A stretch of DNA of 64,000 bases from Bacteroidota bacterium (GTDB taxonomy: Bacteria > Bacteroidota > Bacteroidia > UKL13-3): contig CANNQU010000009.1 in NCBI GenBank assembly GCA_947507965.1, positions 722 through 64,721 of the forward strand, in the 5' to 3' direction. This document shows positions 19,449 through 30,077 of this stretch, piece after piece (position 1 is the stretch's first letter; each line of letters starts with the position of its first letter). The notes under the pieces were generated by a model that was not told where the DNA came from, did no database searches, and worked only from the letters and a program-made list of their open reading frames with translations. The position numbers and the translations under genes were made by a program.

Positions 19449-21113
19449 CTAGAAAGTAAACGCCACCCCGCCCAAAACAGAAAGTTTGTAACCAGGGTAG
19501 TTAAGCCATCTTCGATAGGCTTGGTTGGTTAGGTTGCTTCCGTTTAAAAATACCCCAATCATCTTGTTATAACGGTATTCTAAGAGTATATTCACATCAA
19601 CAAGTGCGGGTAATTTAACCGACTCACTGTTTTGCGCTGCTTTGGCAGGATCCCTGTATTCCACATTTTTTCCATAGCGTTCACCGATATAGTAAGTTGT
19701 AACACGGGCTGTGAATTTATTATTGTAATTGTATTGTAGGTTTAATTTTGCATCTAGGGAAGGCATATTCCAATAATAAAGTTGGTCGCCGGGCTTATAG
19801 TTGTGGTATGAAAATTCAAGCGTCGATTTGAATTTTTCGGCCCACTGCAGTTGAAGTGTTGCTTTTACGTTGAGGATATCGATATTGTCATATACGACGA
19901 TGTATTTTCTTAATGGTGTGGTATCACAAAGATAGAATGGCATTTCGAGATAATTTCCAAAGTCTGCGTCAATTCCGAACGCTATTTTATTGTTAATACT
20001 TCCCCAAAGCCCTCCTAAAACTTTCACCTTGTTTATGGTGTGTTTTAGCTCTATAACGGTATCCAGAAAAGGGTTTTGTTTGGTGAAATAAGAGTAGGTG
20101 TTTTGTTGAACGCCGCCATCTACTCCCAGATGCCCCATTAATTTATTTTCTATTATTTTTATTTTAAAATCGGCATACGGATACCAAAATGGTTTATTGT
20201 CAATGGAGTCATGAAATAAAATACTGTTAAAGCCCACATTTAGTGTGAGCCGACCATAATCAAGAAAGTAGCGTGGATTTAAATCAATGGATAACCGGTT
20301 ATAGGTCGTATCTTTTCCAAAGGTAGTATAGGAAATGCTTAAGGGTACCGTTAGCAGGTGTTGACGCACCATCTTGGTAACCTCGCCCTTCGCTTCAAAA
20401 AAATTCTCCTTGTTTCTATATCGATCTTTCAGAAAATAATATTCTATTCCAGCGGCATAAGAAAAATCATTTTTACTTTCTCCTCGTTTTTCAAAATCAG
20501 AACCGATACTAAAATTATTATAAATATTCTTCGTCGTTTGAATATCAAATTTAGCGCTATCCGGATTAAAACCATACCAGTTTATTCGGTTTCGTTCATA
20601 TCCCGAATGAATATTTATTTTACTGGCGGAAGTTAAATTATAGGTGAGATGCCCGAGTACCGTATTGTCGCTGAACACTTGATTCGTTTTTAGGTATTCG
20701 CTACTTAAGAAGTTATAACGGATGCCATAGTCGATATTTTTTGAGCGTGTGTTATGGAAATAGGTCTCAAACAATGGTGTATTATACATTCCATATCCTA
20801 TTTTTGTATAGTTACCGTACATTCTTTCATTTTCCCGAGCGTTGTAACCTTGAGGCTTCGCAGGAATAATTTCCGGTTTTGTTGTATAGGCTTTCTCTTC
20901 TATTGAATAGGTAAGTGTCGGTGCGTTTAATTTTGGAGGATCTACTTCTGGATTGTAGTCAAGCTTTTTGGCTTCAGCAACTTTAAATGTATATACCCCT
21001 TTCACCGTAGTTTGGATGTTTCTAAGGGTGTCTTCTTGTGCTTTTGAAGCTAAGGTAAGCCCGAGTAGTAGAGCAACGAGAGCGAGCTTTGATTTTTCTT
21101 TTCTTTTCAACAT
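19449..21113 (-). CDS. Putative outer-membrane beta-barrel protein (554 aa, signal peptide, C-terminal ...VAFTF)
   Basis: Signal peptide, Tyr/Asn-rich alternating beta-strand-like composition, and a C-terminal aromatic residue. Co-oriented with, and 12 nt downstream of, the TPR protein gene. Confidence 0.55.
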   Translation of the reverse strand: MLKRKEKSKLALVALLLGLTLASKAQEDTLRNIQTTVKGVYTFKVAEAKKLDYNPEVDPPKLNAPTLTYSIEEKAYTTKPEIIPAKPQGYNARENERMYGNYTKIGYGMYNTPLFETYFHNTRSKNIDYGIRYNFLSSEYLKTNQVFSDNTVLGHLTYNLTSASKINIHSGYERNRINWYGFNPDSAKFDIQTTKNIYNNFSIGSDFEKRGESKNDFSYAAGIEYYFLKDRYRNKENFFEAKGEVTKMVRQHLLTVPLSISYTTFGKDTTYNRLSIDLNPRYFLDYGRLTLNVGFNSILFHDSIDNKPFWYPYADFKIKIIENKLMGHLGVDGGVQQNTYSYFTKQNPFLDTVIELKHTINKVKVLGGLWGSINNKIAFGIDADFGNYLEMPFYLCDTTPLRKYIVVYDNIDILNVKATLQLQWAEKFKSTLEFSYHNYKPGDQLYYWNMPSLDAKLNLQYNYNNKFTARVTTYYIGERYGKNVEYRDPAKAAQNSESVKLPALVDVNILLEYRYNKMIGVFLNGSNLTNQAYRRWLNYPGYKLSVLGGVAFTF

Positions 21114-21125
21114 AATTCAATAAAT

Positions 21126-24113
21126 TTATTTGCCTTCAATGTCTATTACTTTTTGTGTTGCAATGGCCTTCATTTCGGCATCGTCTGTATCGTCGGCCAC
21201 ACTTTGATAGGTAGCTCTTGCCTGAAAATAATCGTTTTGAGCCACATAATTATCGCCTAAGATGATAAATGCTTTTTCAAGCCAGCTACTATATGAGGCA
21301 AACTGGTCGGCCATTTCGGTAACGGTCTTCTTACATTCTTTGAAGTCTTTATTTTGAAAATGAATAAATGCGATACTATACTTTGATTCTGCTCCCATTA
21401 TATTTTTCGATGCTTTTACCACACTGGTAAATTCAGGAAGGGCTTTTGAGAACTCATTACTAGTGAAATAAATTCTTCCTAGATACAGGTGAGCCTCGGT
21501 CTTATTTTCTAAGGCTGCTTTCTCATAGTTTAAAACTTTTTTACATGCATCCAGAGTCTCTTGCTTCTTTCCTAAACTATTGGCGGTACGCATCTGCCCT
21601 AAAAAGCTGATCATTAAATTTTCCTTGTCGTTGGCATATTTCTCTAATTCGATATAATATTTAAATGCCTTTTCAAAATCTTTATTATTATAACATATAT
21701 AAGCAGCATTCCGATAACTACGTTCGAGGTAGTCGGCACGTGTTGACGTCATCAGAAATTCGTATGCGATTAAAGCTTTATCATAAACTTTTTCTTTGAA
21801 TGCACAATCGGCGAGATAGTAATTGGCTTTAACAATAAAAGCCCCATTGGGGAATTTAGTGACATAGTTTTCAAAGTCGGTCATGCTTGTTTTGCAATCG
21901 TTTTTCTTTAAACGGTTAATGGCCGCTTCATAGGTAATGGAGTCTTCCTGTGACGTGCTGAAGCTTCCATTATTAAGCGATTTTATATAATTGATGTATT
22001 CTTCGCCTTCTCCATTACGTATATAAATATCTTCAATTCCATTCAATGCTTCTTTGGCATAATCGGAGCCCGGGTATTTTTCAACTACGATCTTAAATTC
22101 GTTTAAAGCCTCTGTATTATTATTAATATTATGATAGGCATTGGCCAAATTCAAGTGTGTTTTAGAAATCAGGGGGCTGGTCTTGAAGTTCTCGATCAGA
22201 AATTCATAGGCTTTAATGGCATTCTCAAATTGGCCTTGCTGATTTCTGGTTTCTGCAATTTCAAAAATGGCGTCATCGTTCAGCTCGCTTTTAGGAAATT
22301 CTTTTGCAATACGTTTAAGGGAGTTTATTTTCTCCTCTAATTTGTTCTGTAATCCGAGTATGATTCCTCTTTGAAGTAAGGCATAATCGGAAGAGGCAGA
22401 CTTCTTCGAAATCACGTAATCGTAATTATCCAGGGCTTCATTATATTGCTTAAGGATGAAGTTGCAATCCGCACTGCGCATGTGTGCATCGAGGTATATA
22501 TCGGGTGTTTTATCATAATAGTTATCAATTTGTAGGTATTGGTTAAACTTGGCCAATGCCGTTTCATATTCTTGTTTCTGAAAATAACAATACGCGATGT
22601 TGTAATAGGAGTTGTTTCCGAAAACAGTTCGTTGCGCTTCTCCAATAGCCTGAAATCGTATAATATTGCTTATCGCCTCATCATATTTTTTGTTTTTATA
22701 GTCCATCTCCGCCAGGTAATAATAGCCATAAGCCTTAATGGTTTTGTCGTAATCGTAGTTCATCGATTTTTTAAAATAGATGAAAGCTTCCGAATAGTTT
22801 TTATCTCCAAATAACTCTTGTGCCCTATAAAATGTTAGTTTTTGATAGGCTTGCTTTAAAGCTAGGTTTTTGCTTTTGATGCTTTCGATAAGGTCGATGG
22901 CGGCCTTATAGTTTTTTGTCGTTAAAAATAATTGACTCAAAAGACCCTTGGCTTCATCGTTATTATCACTGTTTGGGTAGTCCTCAATAAACTGCTGTAA
23001 TGCTTTTATGGCATCGTTCTGGAAGGAAATCTCATACGATAGTTTGGCATAATTAAACAGGGACTTTTCTTTAATTTTCGGATCGAAATTTAATTTTGAT
23101 GCGTTCATAAATGCAATTCGGGCACTTTCTTTTTTGTTCAATGCCAGAAAGCAATTCGCTAGAATATAGTTAACCGTCTGCGACATTTCGGTGGTACCGC
23201 TACTTACTTTACTCAACTCCGGATACGCTTTTTCGTAGTCCTTATTTTTGAAATAGGTATAGCCTAGTTCGAAATGATCTTCCGCAAGCAGCTCTGCACC
23301 ACTGGCATGGTGCTGTTCGAGCAGGGGTTGGGCATTTACATAGTCGCCTAAATGGTAATATGACTTTCCGACGTACGATTGGATGTTGTGGTTTATCTTT
23401 TGGTTGGTAATGGTGTCGGCATATTTGATAACTTCACTATATTTCTCTTGGGTGTAATAAATTTGAGCGATGAAAAGAGGAACGGTACTTCCAAACTGTT
23501 TATGATTGTAAAGGGGGAGGAAATATTTTAAAGCCGCGTCGTATTTTTTATCCTTTAAATTGATATAACCCAAGTAATAGTTTGCTGCCGCATTATATTT
23601 ATTTTTCGAAGAGCTCAACTGCTGAAAGTTAGGCTTGGCCTTAGCATATTCCTTTTGTTGAAAATAGGAGTACCCCGACATAAATTTATAATCTAAAAGC
23701 TGGTCTGAAGAGAGTTGATCTAAATTCGCATTATTGAGGTAAAACAAGGTTTTCTTCAGGTCTTTATTTTTAAAGTAATAACGGGCTTGATAGTAGGCCG
23801 CTAACTCAATTTTAGGACTTTCGGGATACGTTTCTTCAAATGCTGTAAGTAATTCGGGCGCATCAGCACGGTCGAGCTCTAACGCACATAAGGCATGATA
23901 AAAGGCCGCATCGGTTTTTAGTACCATATCGGTTGTTTGTTTCACCACCTGAGCATACAACTCTTGTGAAGAGCCATATTTTTCCTTGCTAAACAATTCA
24001 TCGGCATCATGATAAATTTTTAGTGCATCGGTATATAGGAGTGTTTTTTGGGCGATGATATTGCCAAAAAAGATAAGCTGTATTAGGACGAAAAAACTCA
24101 GGCGCTGCTTCAT
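21126..24113 (-). CDS. Secreted tetratricopeptide-repeat protein (995 aa, >15 TPR-like units)
   Basis: Signal peptide, then repeated A..Y/F..A...Y..G TPR-like helices throughout. A SprE/PorW-like role cannot be judged from sequence alone. Confidence 0.8.
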   Translation of the reverse strand: MKQRLSFFVLIQLIFFGNIIAQKTLLYTDALKIYHDADELFSKEKYGSSQELYAQVVKQTTDMVLKTDAAFYHALCALELDRADAPELLTAFEETYPESPKIELAAYYQARYYFKNKDLKKTLFYLNNANLDQLSSDQLLDYKFMSGYSYFQQKEYAKAKPNFQQLSSSKNKYNAAANYYLGYINLKDKKYDAALKYFLPLYNHKQFGSTVPLFIAQIYYTQEKYSEVIKYADTITNQKINHNIQSYVGKSYYHLGDYVNAQPLLEQHHASGAELLAEDHFELGYTYFKNKDYEKAYPELSKVSSGTTEMSQTVNYILANCFLALNKKESARIAFMNASKLNFDPKIKEKSLFNYAKLSYEISFQNDAIKALQQFIEDYPNSDNNDEAKGLLSQLFLTTKNYKAAIDLIESIKSKNLALKQAYQKLTFYRAQELFGDKNYSEAFIYFKKSMNYDYDKTIKAYGYYYLAEMDYKNKKYDEAISNIIRFQAIGEAQRTVFGNNSYYNIAYCYFQKQEYETALAKFNQYLQIDNYYDKTPDIYLDAHMRSADCNFILKQYNEALDNYDYVISKKSASSDYALLQRGIILGLQNKLEEKINSLKRIAKEFPKSELNDDAIFEIAETRNQQGQFENAIKAYEFLIENFKTSPLISKTHLNLANAYHNINNNTEALNEFKIVVEKYPGSDYAKEALNGIEDIYIRNGEGEEYINYIKSLNNGSFSTSQEDSITYEAAINRLKKNDCKTSMTDFENYVTKFPNGAFIVKANYYLADCAFKEKVYDKALIAYEFLMTSTRADYLERSYRNAAYICYNNKDFEKAFKYYIELEKYANDKENLMISFLGQMRTANSLGKKQETLDACKKVLNYEKAALENKTEAHLYLGRIYFTSNEFSKALPEFTSVVKASKNIMGAESKYSIAFIHFQNKDFKECKKTVTEMADQFASYSSWLEKAFIILGDNYVAQNDYFQARATYQSVADDTDDAEMKAIATQKVIDIEGK

Positions 24114-24301
24114 GATATGGTACTAACGGTATTGCCGTAAAAATATTTTGTAAAGGTTACCAATGCTTGAGATATTTGAAAGTAGATATCGGTTATATTT
24201 TGTGTTGATAAGCATATTGTTGTACACTAAAATATCCTTTACTCAAAAAAGCAAGCATTGGAAATAATTTTCTTAATATTGCACCCTTAAGATCCTGTTA
24301 C

Positions 24302-25084
24302 ATGAATCAACCGCTATCGTATGTAGATCCTCAAGCAAGAGTGGCAAAAAATGTTGTCATCGAACCGTTTGTGAATATTGAAAAAAATGTTGTTATCGAA
24401 GAGGGCACCTGGATAGGCTCTCATGTGACCATTATGGAAGGAGCCCGAATTGGTAAAAACTGCAAAATTTTTCCAGGAGCAGTAATCGCGGCAGTACCCC
24501 AGGATTTAAAGTTCGGAGGGGAGGATACCCTGGTTATTATAGGCGACGATACCACCATCAGAGAATGCGTTACCATAAACCGGGGCACTACCGATAGAAA
24601 CCAAACGGTAATCGGTAATAATTGCCTATTGATGGCCTATGTGCATGTAGCCCACGATTGTATCATTGGCAATAATTGTATTTTAGCCAATGCGGTGCAA
24701 TTGGCCGGGCATGTTACCATTGCCGATTGGGCCATTATCGGAGGATTGTCAGCGGTACACCAATTTGTAAATATTGGTTCTCACTCTATGGTATCGGGGG
24801 GGTCGCTGGTACGGATGGATGTGCCTCCTTTTATTAAGGCCGCTCGCGAACCCCTTAGTTATGAAGGGGTAAACAGTGTGGGTTTGCGAAGAAGAGGATT
24901 CACCAGTGAAAAAATTGCGGAGATTCAGGAAATATATCGTACGCTGTACCTGCGAAAGCACAATACTTCCAAGGCCTTGAAAATTATTGAGGCAGAGATG
25001 CCTACTTCTCCCGAGCGAGATGAGATAATCAGCTTCATTCAGGAATCGAACCGGGGTATTATGAAAGGTTATTCGTTTAAATAA
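24302..25084 (+). CDS. lpxA: Acyl-ACP--UDP-N-acetylglucosamine O-acyltransferase
   Basis: 260 aa. Left-handed beta-helix hexapeptide repeats (IG.N..I), a conserved H within AYVHVAHDCIIGNN, and the C-terminal helical domain typical of LpxA. Confidence 0.9.
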   Translation: MNQPLSYVDPQARVAKNVVIEPFVNIEKNVVIEEGTWIGSHVTIMEGARIGKNCKIFPGAVIAAVPQDLKFGGEDTLVIIGDDTTIRECVTINRGTTDRNQTVIGNNCLLMAYVHVAHDCIIGNNCILANAVQLAGHVTIADWAIIGGLSAVHQFVNIGSHSMVSGGSLVRMDVPPFIKAAREPLSYEGVNSVGLRRRGFTSEKIAEIQEIYRTLYLRKHNTSKALKIIEAEMPTSPERDEIISFIQESNRGIMKGYSFK

Positions 25085-25105
25085 ATCATTGCGGCGGGCA
25101 AAATT

Positions 25106-25723
25106 ATGATCCATCTTGAAGTTGAAAACCTGAGTAAAAAATTTTTACGCGGGTATGTTTTTAAAAAATTCAACTACCATTTTTATGAAGGAAATGCCTA
25201 TGCTGTAACGGGTTCCAATGGAAGTGGTAAAAGCACCCTGCTCCAAGTTCTTTGTGGCTATATGATGCCAACACAGGGCAAAATAATACTCAAGGATAAG
25301 GATATAATGATAGAGGAGGAAATGCATTTTCAATATTGTAGTATCGCTTCTCCGTTTATGGAACTGATAGAGGAATACACCGTAGTCGAACATCTTCTTT
25401 TTCATTCAAAATTAAAGAAGATGATCGTTAAGGACAGCACGGAAATTGGAGCTGTTTTTCAACTGGAAAACGAGCTTAACAAACCCATTAAGTATTTAAG
25501 CAGTGGCAATAAGCAACGCGTGAAACTAGCCTTGGCCTTTTGTACGGATAGTAAAATTCTTTTACTTGATGAGCCTACGCAAAATTTAGATAACCGGGGG
25601 TTAACGCTGTATTTGAACGCAATTGAAAAATATACGAAAGACCGTTTGGTCATTGTTTCGAGTAACGATGCCCGAGAATATGGCTTTTGTAATGAAATAA
25701 TAAAGATGGAAGACTATAAGTAA
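25106..25723 (+). CDS. ABC transporter ATP-binding protein (small, 205 aa)
   Basis: Walker A GSNGSGKST, ABC signature LSSGNKQRV, Walker B LLLDEPT. Confidence 0.8.
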   Translation: MIHLEVENLSKKFLRGYVFKKFNYHFYEGNAYAVTGSNGSGKSTLLQVLCGYMMPTQGKIILKDKDIMIEEEMHFQYCSIASPFMELIEEYTVVEHLLFHSKLKKMIVKDSTEIGAVFQLENELNKPIKYLSSGNKQRVKLALAFCTDSKILLLDEPTQNLDNRGLTLYLNAIEKYTKDRLVIVSSNDAREYGFCNEIIKMEDYK

Positions 25724-25731
25724 TAAGAATC

Positions 25732-26304
25732 ATGTTAGAGTTAAGAGGGTATTTAATAAGCGAAGATGTAATCGAGAAAAACTTTGTTTGTAATCTTGAT
25801 AAATGTAAAGGAGAATGTTGTAAGGCAGGCGACACCGGTGCTCCTTTGGATGCCGAAGAGATTCCGATCATGGCGCAATTGATAGATCAGGTGATGCCCT
25901 ATCTTCCCCAAAAATCGCAAGATAAAATTAAAAAAGAAGGTTTTTGGAAACGCGATGACGATTATGAATTGGTAACCAACTTTCATGCTACCGGAGAATG
26001 TGCCTTTGTGTTTTACGACGAAAAAAAGGTTTTGAAATGTGGCTTTGAAGAAGCCTATAACAAAGGTGAAATCGCATGGAAGAAACCGGTAAGCTGTCAT
26101 TTATACCCGATTCGGGTTGAACTATTGAAGAATTATACCGCCCTTAATTATCACAAATGGAATATTTGCAGCGATGCCTGTAAACTAGGAAAAGAATTAA
26201 AAGTGCCTATTTACAAATTTGTAAAAGAGGGTATCGTTCGAAAGTTTGGAGAAGATTTTTATAATGAGTTGGAGGAAGTTGCACAAGCTTGGGAGAAGCG
26301 TTAA
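25732..26304 (+). CDS. Cys-rich conserved hypothetical protein (DUF3109-like; CNLDKCKGECC motif)
   Basis: 190 aa. An N-terminal CxxxxCxxxCC cluster plus additional conserved Cys/His. The family assignment is from memory of the DUF3109 pattern and is tentative. Confidence 0.5.
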   Translation: MLELRGYLISEDVIEKNFVCNLDKCKGECCKAGDTGAPLDAEEIPIMAQLIDQVMPYLPQKSQDKIKKEGFWKRDDDYELVTNFHATGECAFVFYDEKKVLKCGFEEAYNKGEIAWKKPVSCHLYPIRVELLKNYTALNYHKWNICSDACKLGKELKVPIYKFVKEGIVRKFGEDFYNELEEVAQAWEKR

Positions 26305-26320
26305 GTGCCATCCCAAGATT

Positions 26321-26863
26321 CTACAATCCTGTCATTGATCCCAATGCATTCACCGTTTTCCAGTTTCTGGTGGTGGCCATTACTTTTAACGTACGCTCAA
26401 AAAAGTTGTTGCTAAGTTTGGTGTTTCCATAGCCCCCGGGACAATATAGATAAACCGTTTTGCCGTGTATCATAAATTCATCAGGAGCATAATCTTCAGA
26501 CCTAATTTTAGACACAGCGGCTTGCTCGGGCTCTTCTGCCAAAAAGGTGACATGAAGCTTGGTAAGATCAATTAATTTCTTATTTACAAAAGGATTGTTT
26601 TTTATGGCCGCTATTACCTCATCGGCTTCCATTACCAATACCGGCACTTCAAACTTAAATTCTTCGAGTATCTTAAAGGCTATCTTTTTTTCTAGCTCCT
26701 CACTTTTGGCCTTGGAAAAGTTAAAAATGATATTGCCACTTTGAATATATGTTTGAACCATTTTAAAACCCAGTGCTTCACATAAGCGGCGAAGGGCCTC
26801 CATTTTCATCATCTTATGACCACTTACGTTTATTCCTCGTAGTATAGCGATATAGGTTGTCAT
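26321..26863 (-). CDS. DUF1697 domain protein
   Basis: 180 aa. The N-terminus YIAILRGINVSGHKMMKMEALRRLCEALGF...YIQSGNIIF matches the DUF1697 family pattern. Confidence 0.7.
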   Translation of the reverse strand: MTTYIAILRGINVSGHKMMKMEALRRLCEALGFKMVQTYIQSGNIIFNFSKAKSEELEKKIAFKILEEFKFEVPVLVMEADEVIAAIKNNPFVNKKLIDLTKLHVTFLAEEPEQAAVSKIRSEDYAPDEFMIHGKTVYLYCPGGYGNTKLSNNFFERTLKVMATTRNWKTVNALGSMTGL

Positions 26864-26983
26864 GATAAAAGGAGTAATTATGAATCAAAGATACCGTATT
26901 GTAGGCAAGTGCAAGTTAGAGGCAATTGCTTTTCCAGGCCGAGCGTATTAGAAAAGAAAATGGGGAACGTAAAATTCGGTACG

Positions 26984-27547
26984 CTATAATTGTTTTACTT
27001 CCATTACATCCCCGGCTTGCATAGCTCCTAGATATATTCCTCCAATACGCACTCGAAATAAACGTAAGGTTGGGAAGCCCACGGCAGCAGTCATTTTTCG
27101 TACTTGCCGTAGCTTGCCTTCGGTGAGGGTTACCGATATCCAGCAGGTGGGGCCATGCCTATCGTCGCGTAATTTTTTTACCCGTGGTGCGAAGCTGGGT
27201 ACTGTTTCTAACTTAAAAACCTGGCAAGGTAACGTTTGATATTTGGTATTGCGTACTCCAATTTCAACCCCGTGTTGCAACAGCTCTATGGCTTCTTCTG
27301 TAACTAAACCATCGACTTGCGCATAATACTCTTTCTCCATGGTTTTGCTACGAATACGTTCGCTCATTCTACCGTCGGTGGTAAGCAGCAGCAGGCCTTC
27401 ACTGTCTTCATCAAGGCGGCCAATAGCCATGGTGCCTTCAGGGAAATCGTGCAGTTCGCCCAAAAGTTTTTTCTTTTTTAAGACGCACACAAACTGACTT
27501 AGATAACCAAAGGGCTTATGAATAATAAAGTGGCGGTGTATGGGCAT
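26984..27547 (-). CDS. Pseudouridine synthase, RsuA/RluE family (no S4 domain)
   Basis: 187 aa with the catalytic motif GRLDEDSEGLLLLTTDG. Confidence 0.85.
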   Translation of the reverse strand: MPIHRHFIIHKPFGYLSQFVCVLKKKKLLGELHDFPEGTMAIGRLDEDSEGLLLLTTDGRMSERIRSKTMEKEYYAQVDGLVTEEAIELLQHGVEIGVRNTKYQTLPCQVFKLETVPSFAPRVKKLRDDRHGPTCWISVTLTEGKLRQVRKMTAAVGFPTLRLFRVRIGGIYLGAMQAGDVMEVKQL

Positions 27548-27618
27548 GAATTAAAAAAGGAGAAAGTGGAGAAGCAATCACCTTTTAATAAAGTAACCTA
27601 ATGGCTATAAAAAAGAGG

Positions 27619-27828
27619 CTATGCTTTTTTTACGAACATCGTTTTAAGTACCATCATCATCTTATCAACCTTACCTTCAATTTCTTGTGCGCTGTTGGTG
27701 AGGCGGATGTTTTTCACTACCGTGCCTTGCTTAATGCCTTTTGGACTGCCTTTTACAGGCAAGCTTTTAATAATGATGACCGAATCGCCTTCGCTTAGAA
27801 GGGTGCCGTTGCTATCTCTTACTTCCAT
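27619..27828 (-). CDS. PhnA/YjdC-like small protein (C-terminal PhnA domain only)
   Basis: 69 aa. DSNGTLLSEGDSVIIIKSLPVKGSPKGIKQGTVVKNIRL closely parallels the C-terminal domain of E. coli PhnA. Confidence 0.7.
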   Translation of the reverse strand: MEVRDSNGTLLSEGDSVIIIKSLPVKGSPKGIKQGTVVKNIRLTNSAQEIEGKVDKMMMVLKTMFVKKA

Positions 27829-28250
27829 GATATGACTTTTTTAATCGATACAAATTTATTGTACTTTGGGCTATTTAGGAATAATTCTTTTCAACACGAA
27901 GCACAAGCCCGGTGGCTTACTCATACCGGCTTCTTTGGATTTTATTTGATGAAGTTGTTGTCAATTTTGCTTTGCTAAGCCTATGGTCCTATAAATTCAG
28001 GTACCTGTTTTGCTTCATGGTCAATTTCAAATTTCTTCAAGAAATTATGGTATTCTTCTCTAAAAAGAACGTTGCTTCTCTGCCGTTATTTTCAGTAACT
28101 GACCCACGTCATTGGTTGACGTTTGCTTATGGCGTAACTTTGCAGAAATAAATTACGATAAGCAACAAGACGTTATCGAAGCGCACCAATTTCGCCGATA
28201 AAATTAGTAATGGACTTCAAAAGGCGCATCATTAATTAACACCTACCATC

Positions 28251-29084
28251 ATGGATAAAATTCTTGTAACTACCGATTTCTCTACTAACTCCAAAGCAGG
28301 ATTGCGCTTTGCTATCCAACTCGCTTCTCAAGCTAAGTATGAATTAATATTTTTTCATGCTTATTATTTCGAGAAACCCACAACTTGGAATAAGGCCACT
28401 ATCGCAGCATTTGAAAAACGGGCAGCGGAAACGATTCAAAAAAAGTTGGATCGTTTTGTGCAATCCGTGTATAATAGTATGGGACTTGTTAGGCATCGTG
28501 AAAAGTGCATAATCGTAAGTGCCCTTCACACCGATAGCAGTATCTTGGACTATGCTCAGAAAAGCAAGATCGATTTTATTTGTATCAGTACCCGAGGAGC
28601 AGGTAAGCTTAAAAAGTTGCTGGGTACAAATACTTCATATCTCATTAATCACGCTCCTGTTCCGGTTATTGCTGTTCCTTATAACTACCGTAAGAAAGAA
28701 ATAAAAACGATACTCTATGCTTCCGATTTGGAGCATGTAGATAGAGAGTTGAGAAAAGTTTTAGCCTTTTCAAAACCGCTAAAAGCGGCCATTGAATTGC
28801 TTCATTTCCATTACCCTACATCGGGGGTCACCAGTAAGCTCATTATGGATAAGCAAGCCAAGAAATTTTCAAAGTATGCGATTAAAATGCATCTCGAAGA
28901 GGTGAACCTCACCGAGCGTTTAGTTACGAACATAGAGGTGGTAGTGAAAAAGTCGAAACCCTCCGTTATGGTTATGTTTACAGAGCAAAGCAGGAGTTTT
29001 TTCGATAAGATATTCCTATCCAGCAACGCGGCCGACTATTCTTTTACCTCGAAAGTGCCGTTGCTTGTTTTTAATAAAGCCTAG
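28251..29084 (+). CDS. Universal stress protein, tandem UspA domains
   Basis: 277 aa. Two Usp-like halves, each starting with the ILV.TDFS... pattern. Confidence 0.85.
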   Translation: MDKILVTTDFSTNSKAGLRFAIQLASQAKYELIFFHAYYFEKPTTWNKATIAAFEKRAAETIQKKLDRFVQSVYNSMGLVRHREKCIIVSALHTDSSILDYAQKSKIDFICISTRGAGKLKKLLGTNTSYLINHAPVPVIAVPYNYRKKEIKTILYASDLEHVDRELRKVLAFSKPLKAAIELLHFHYPTSGVTSKLIMDKQAKKFSKYAIKMHLEEVNLTERLVTNIEVVVKKSKPSVMVMFTEQSRSFFDKIFLSSNAADYSFTSKVPLLVFNKA

Positions 29085-29095
29085 CCGAATAAAGG

Positions 29096-30073
29096 CTAAA
29101 AATGGGAACCGTCGTTTTTGGAAGGTAGTTTCTTTTTGAAATACCGTTTTAGCGGCCAGGTATGTTTTAAAGCCTCCATACTCTCATTAAAATTAGCCGA
29201 CCCCGTTTTTATGTTTTCTATGCTTAAATTAAGGTCGTGAACAAAAGTAGTATCGGTTAGTAATGTTCCAACGGAACCCTTTCCATTTTTTAAATTTTCG
29301 GAAATGTTTTTAAAGTTACCTGTAATTATAGCTACCGAATCGCTGAGTGCCTGTATATTTACAATCGTTTGATTGAGATGATGGGAAAACACCGTATCAA
29401 CAAGTAATGCCCCCACGGTTCCTTTTCCGGCTTTAATCTCTTGAACAATTTTACTTAAATCGCCGGTGATAACAGCCGCATGATCACTGGTAAGTTTAAT
29501 ACGCACGACGGCGTTTCTAACATTTTCGGCCACTACGGTATCTGTCAACAAACGCCATAATGAATGGGTATTATTGAACTTTTCGGTGACCCCCTTTAAG
29601 CTGTAGGTGATTGCATTTAAATTATCATTGGTTATGACCAGTGTTCGCAACGCTTCCTCCATTCGTATCGGATTCATCGCTTTAAGCAGGTCGCCTTCTT
29701 GAACGGGTAGTGCCCCTGTTTCTCCCGGAGAAATATTGATAATCTTATTCCCCAATAATCCATCGGTACCGATAGAGACGATGGCCTTTTTATTGATAAA
29801 TCGGGTAGATTTTACGTCAATAGTGAACTCCACTTTGATGGCCGTGTCGGAGATGGGGTAAACCTGAGTTACCGTACCTACATTGATACCATTAAAACGC
29901 ACATTATTTCCTGACATTAAGCCTCCGATATTATTAAAATCGGCACTTACGTTTATGGTAGCGTTGAAGATATTTTTTTTGCTTCCAATATAATAAAGCC
30001 CAGCCACCAGACAAGCGGTGGCCACGAGAACAAAAAGTCCAAGTTTAGTGGTATTTAACGGTTGTTTTTTCAT
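29096..30073 (-). CDS. MCE/MlaD-family substrate-binding protein of an Mla-like ABC transporter (start moved to MKKQPLNTTKLGLFVLVATACLVAG)
   Basis: N-terminal TM anchor, an MCE domain (GLMSGNNVRFNGINVGTVTQV), and two internal repeats ending in KxGKGxVGxLLxDT. The upstream in-frame ATG would overlap the ATPase gene by 68 nt, so the internal start is preferred. Confidence 0.8.
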   Translation of the reverse strand: MKKQPLNTTKLGLFVLVATACLVAGLYYIGSKKNIFNATINVSADFNNIGGLMSGNNVRFNGINVGTVTQVYPISDTAIKVEFTIDVKSTRFINKKAIVSIGTDGLLGNKIINISPGETGALPVQEGDLLKAMNPIRMEEALRTLVITNDNLNAITYSLKGVTEKFNNTHSLWRLLTDTVVAENVRNAVVRIKLTSDHAAVITGDLSKIVQEIKAGKGTVGALLVDTVFSHHLNQTIVNIQALSDSVAIITGNFKNISENLKNGKGSVGTLLTDTTFVHDLNLSIENIKTGSANFNESMEALKHTWPLKRYFKKKLPSKNDGSHF

Positions 30074-30077
30074 GGCA

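Noticed and set aside
21126-24113. Short ORFs antisense to the TPR gene (22131-22340 +, 22539-22814 +, 22412-22645 -)
   Set aside because: Embedded in or antisense to a 995-aa CDS with a continuous TPR pattern. No independent support.
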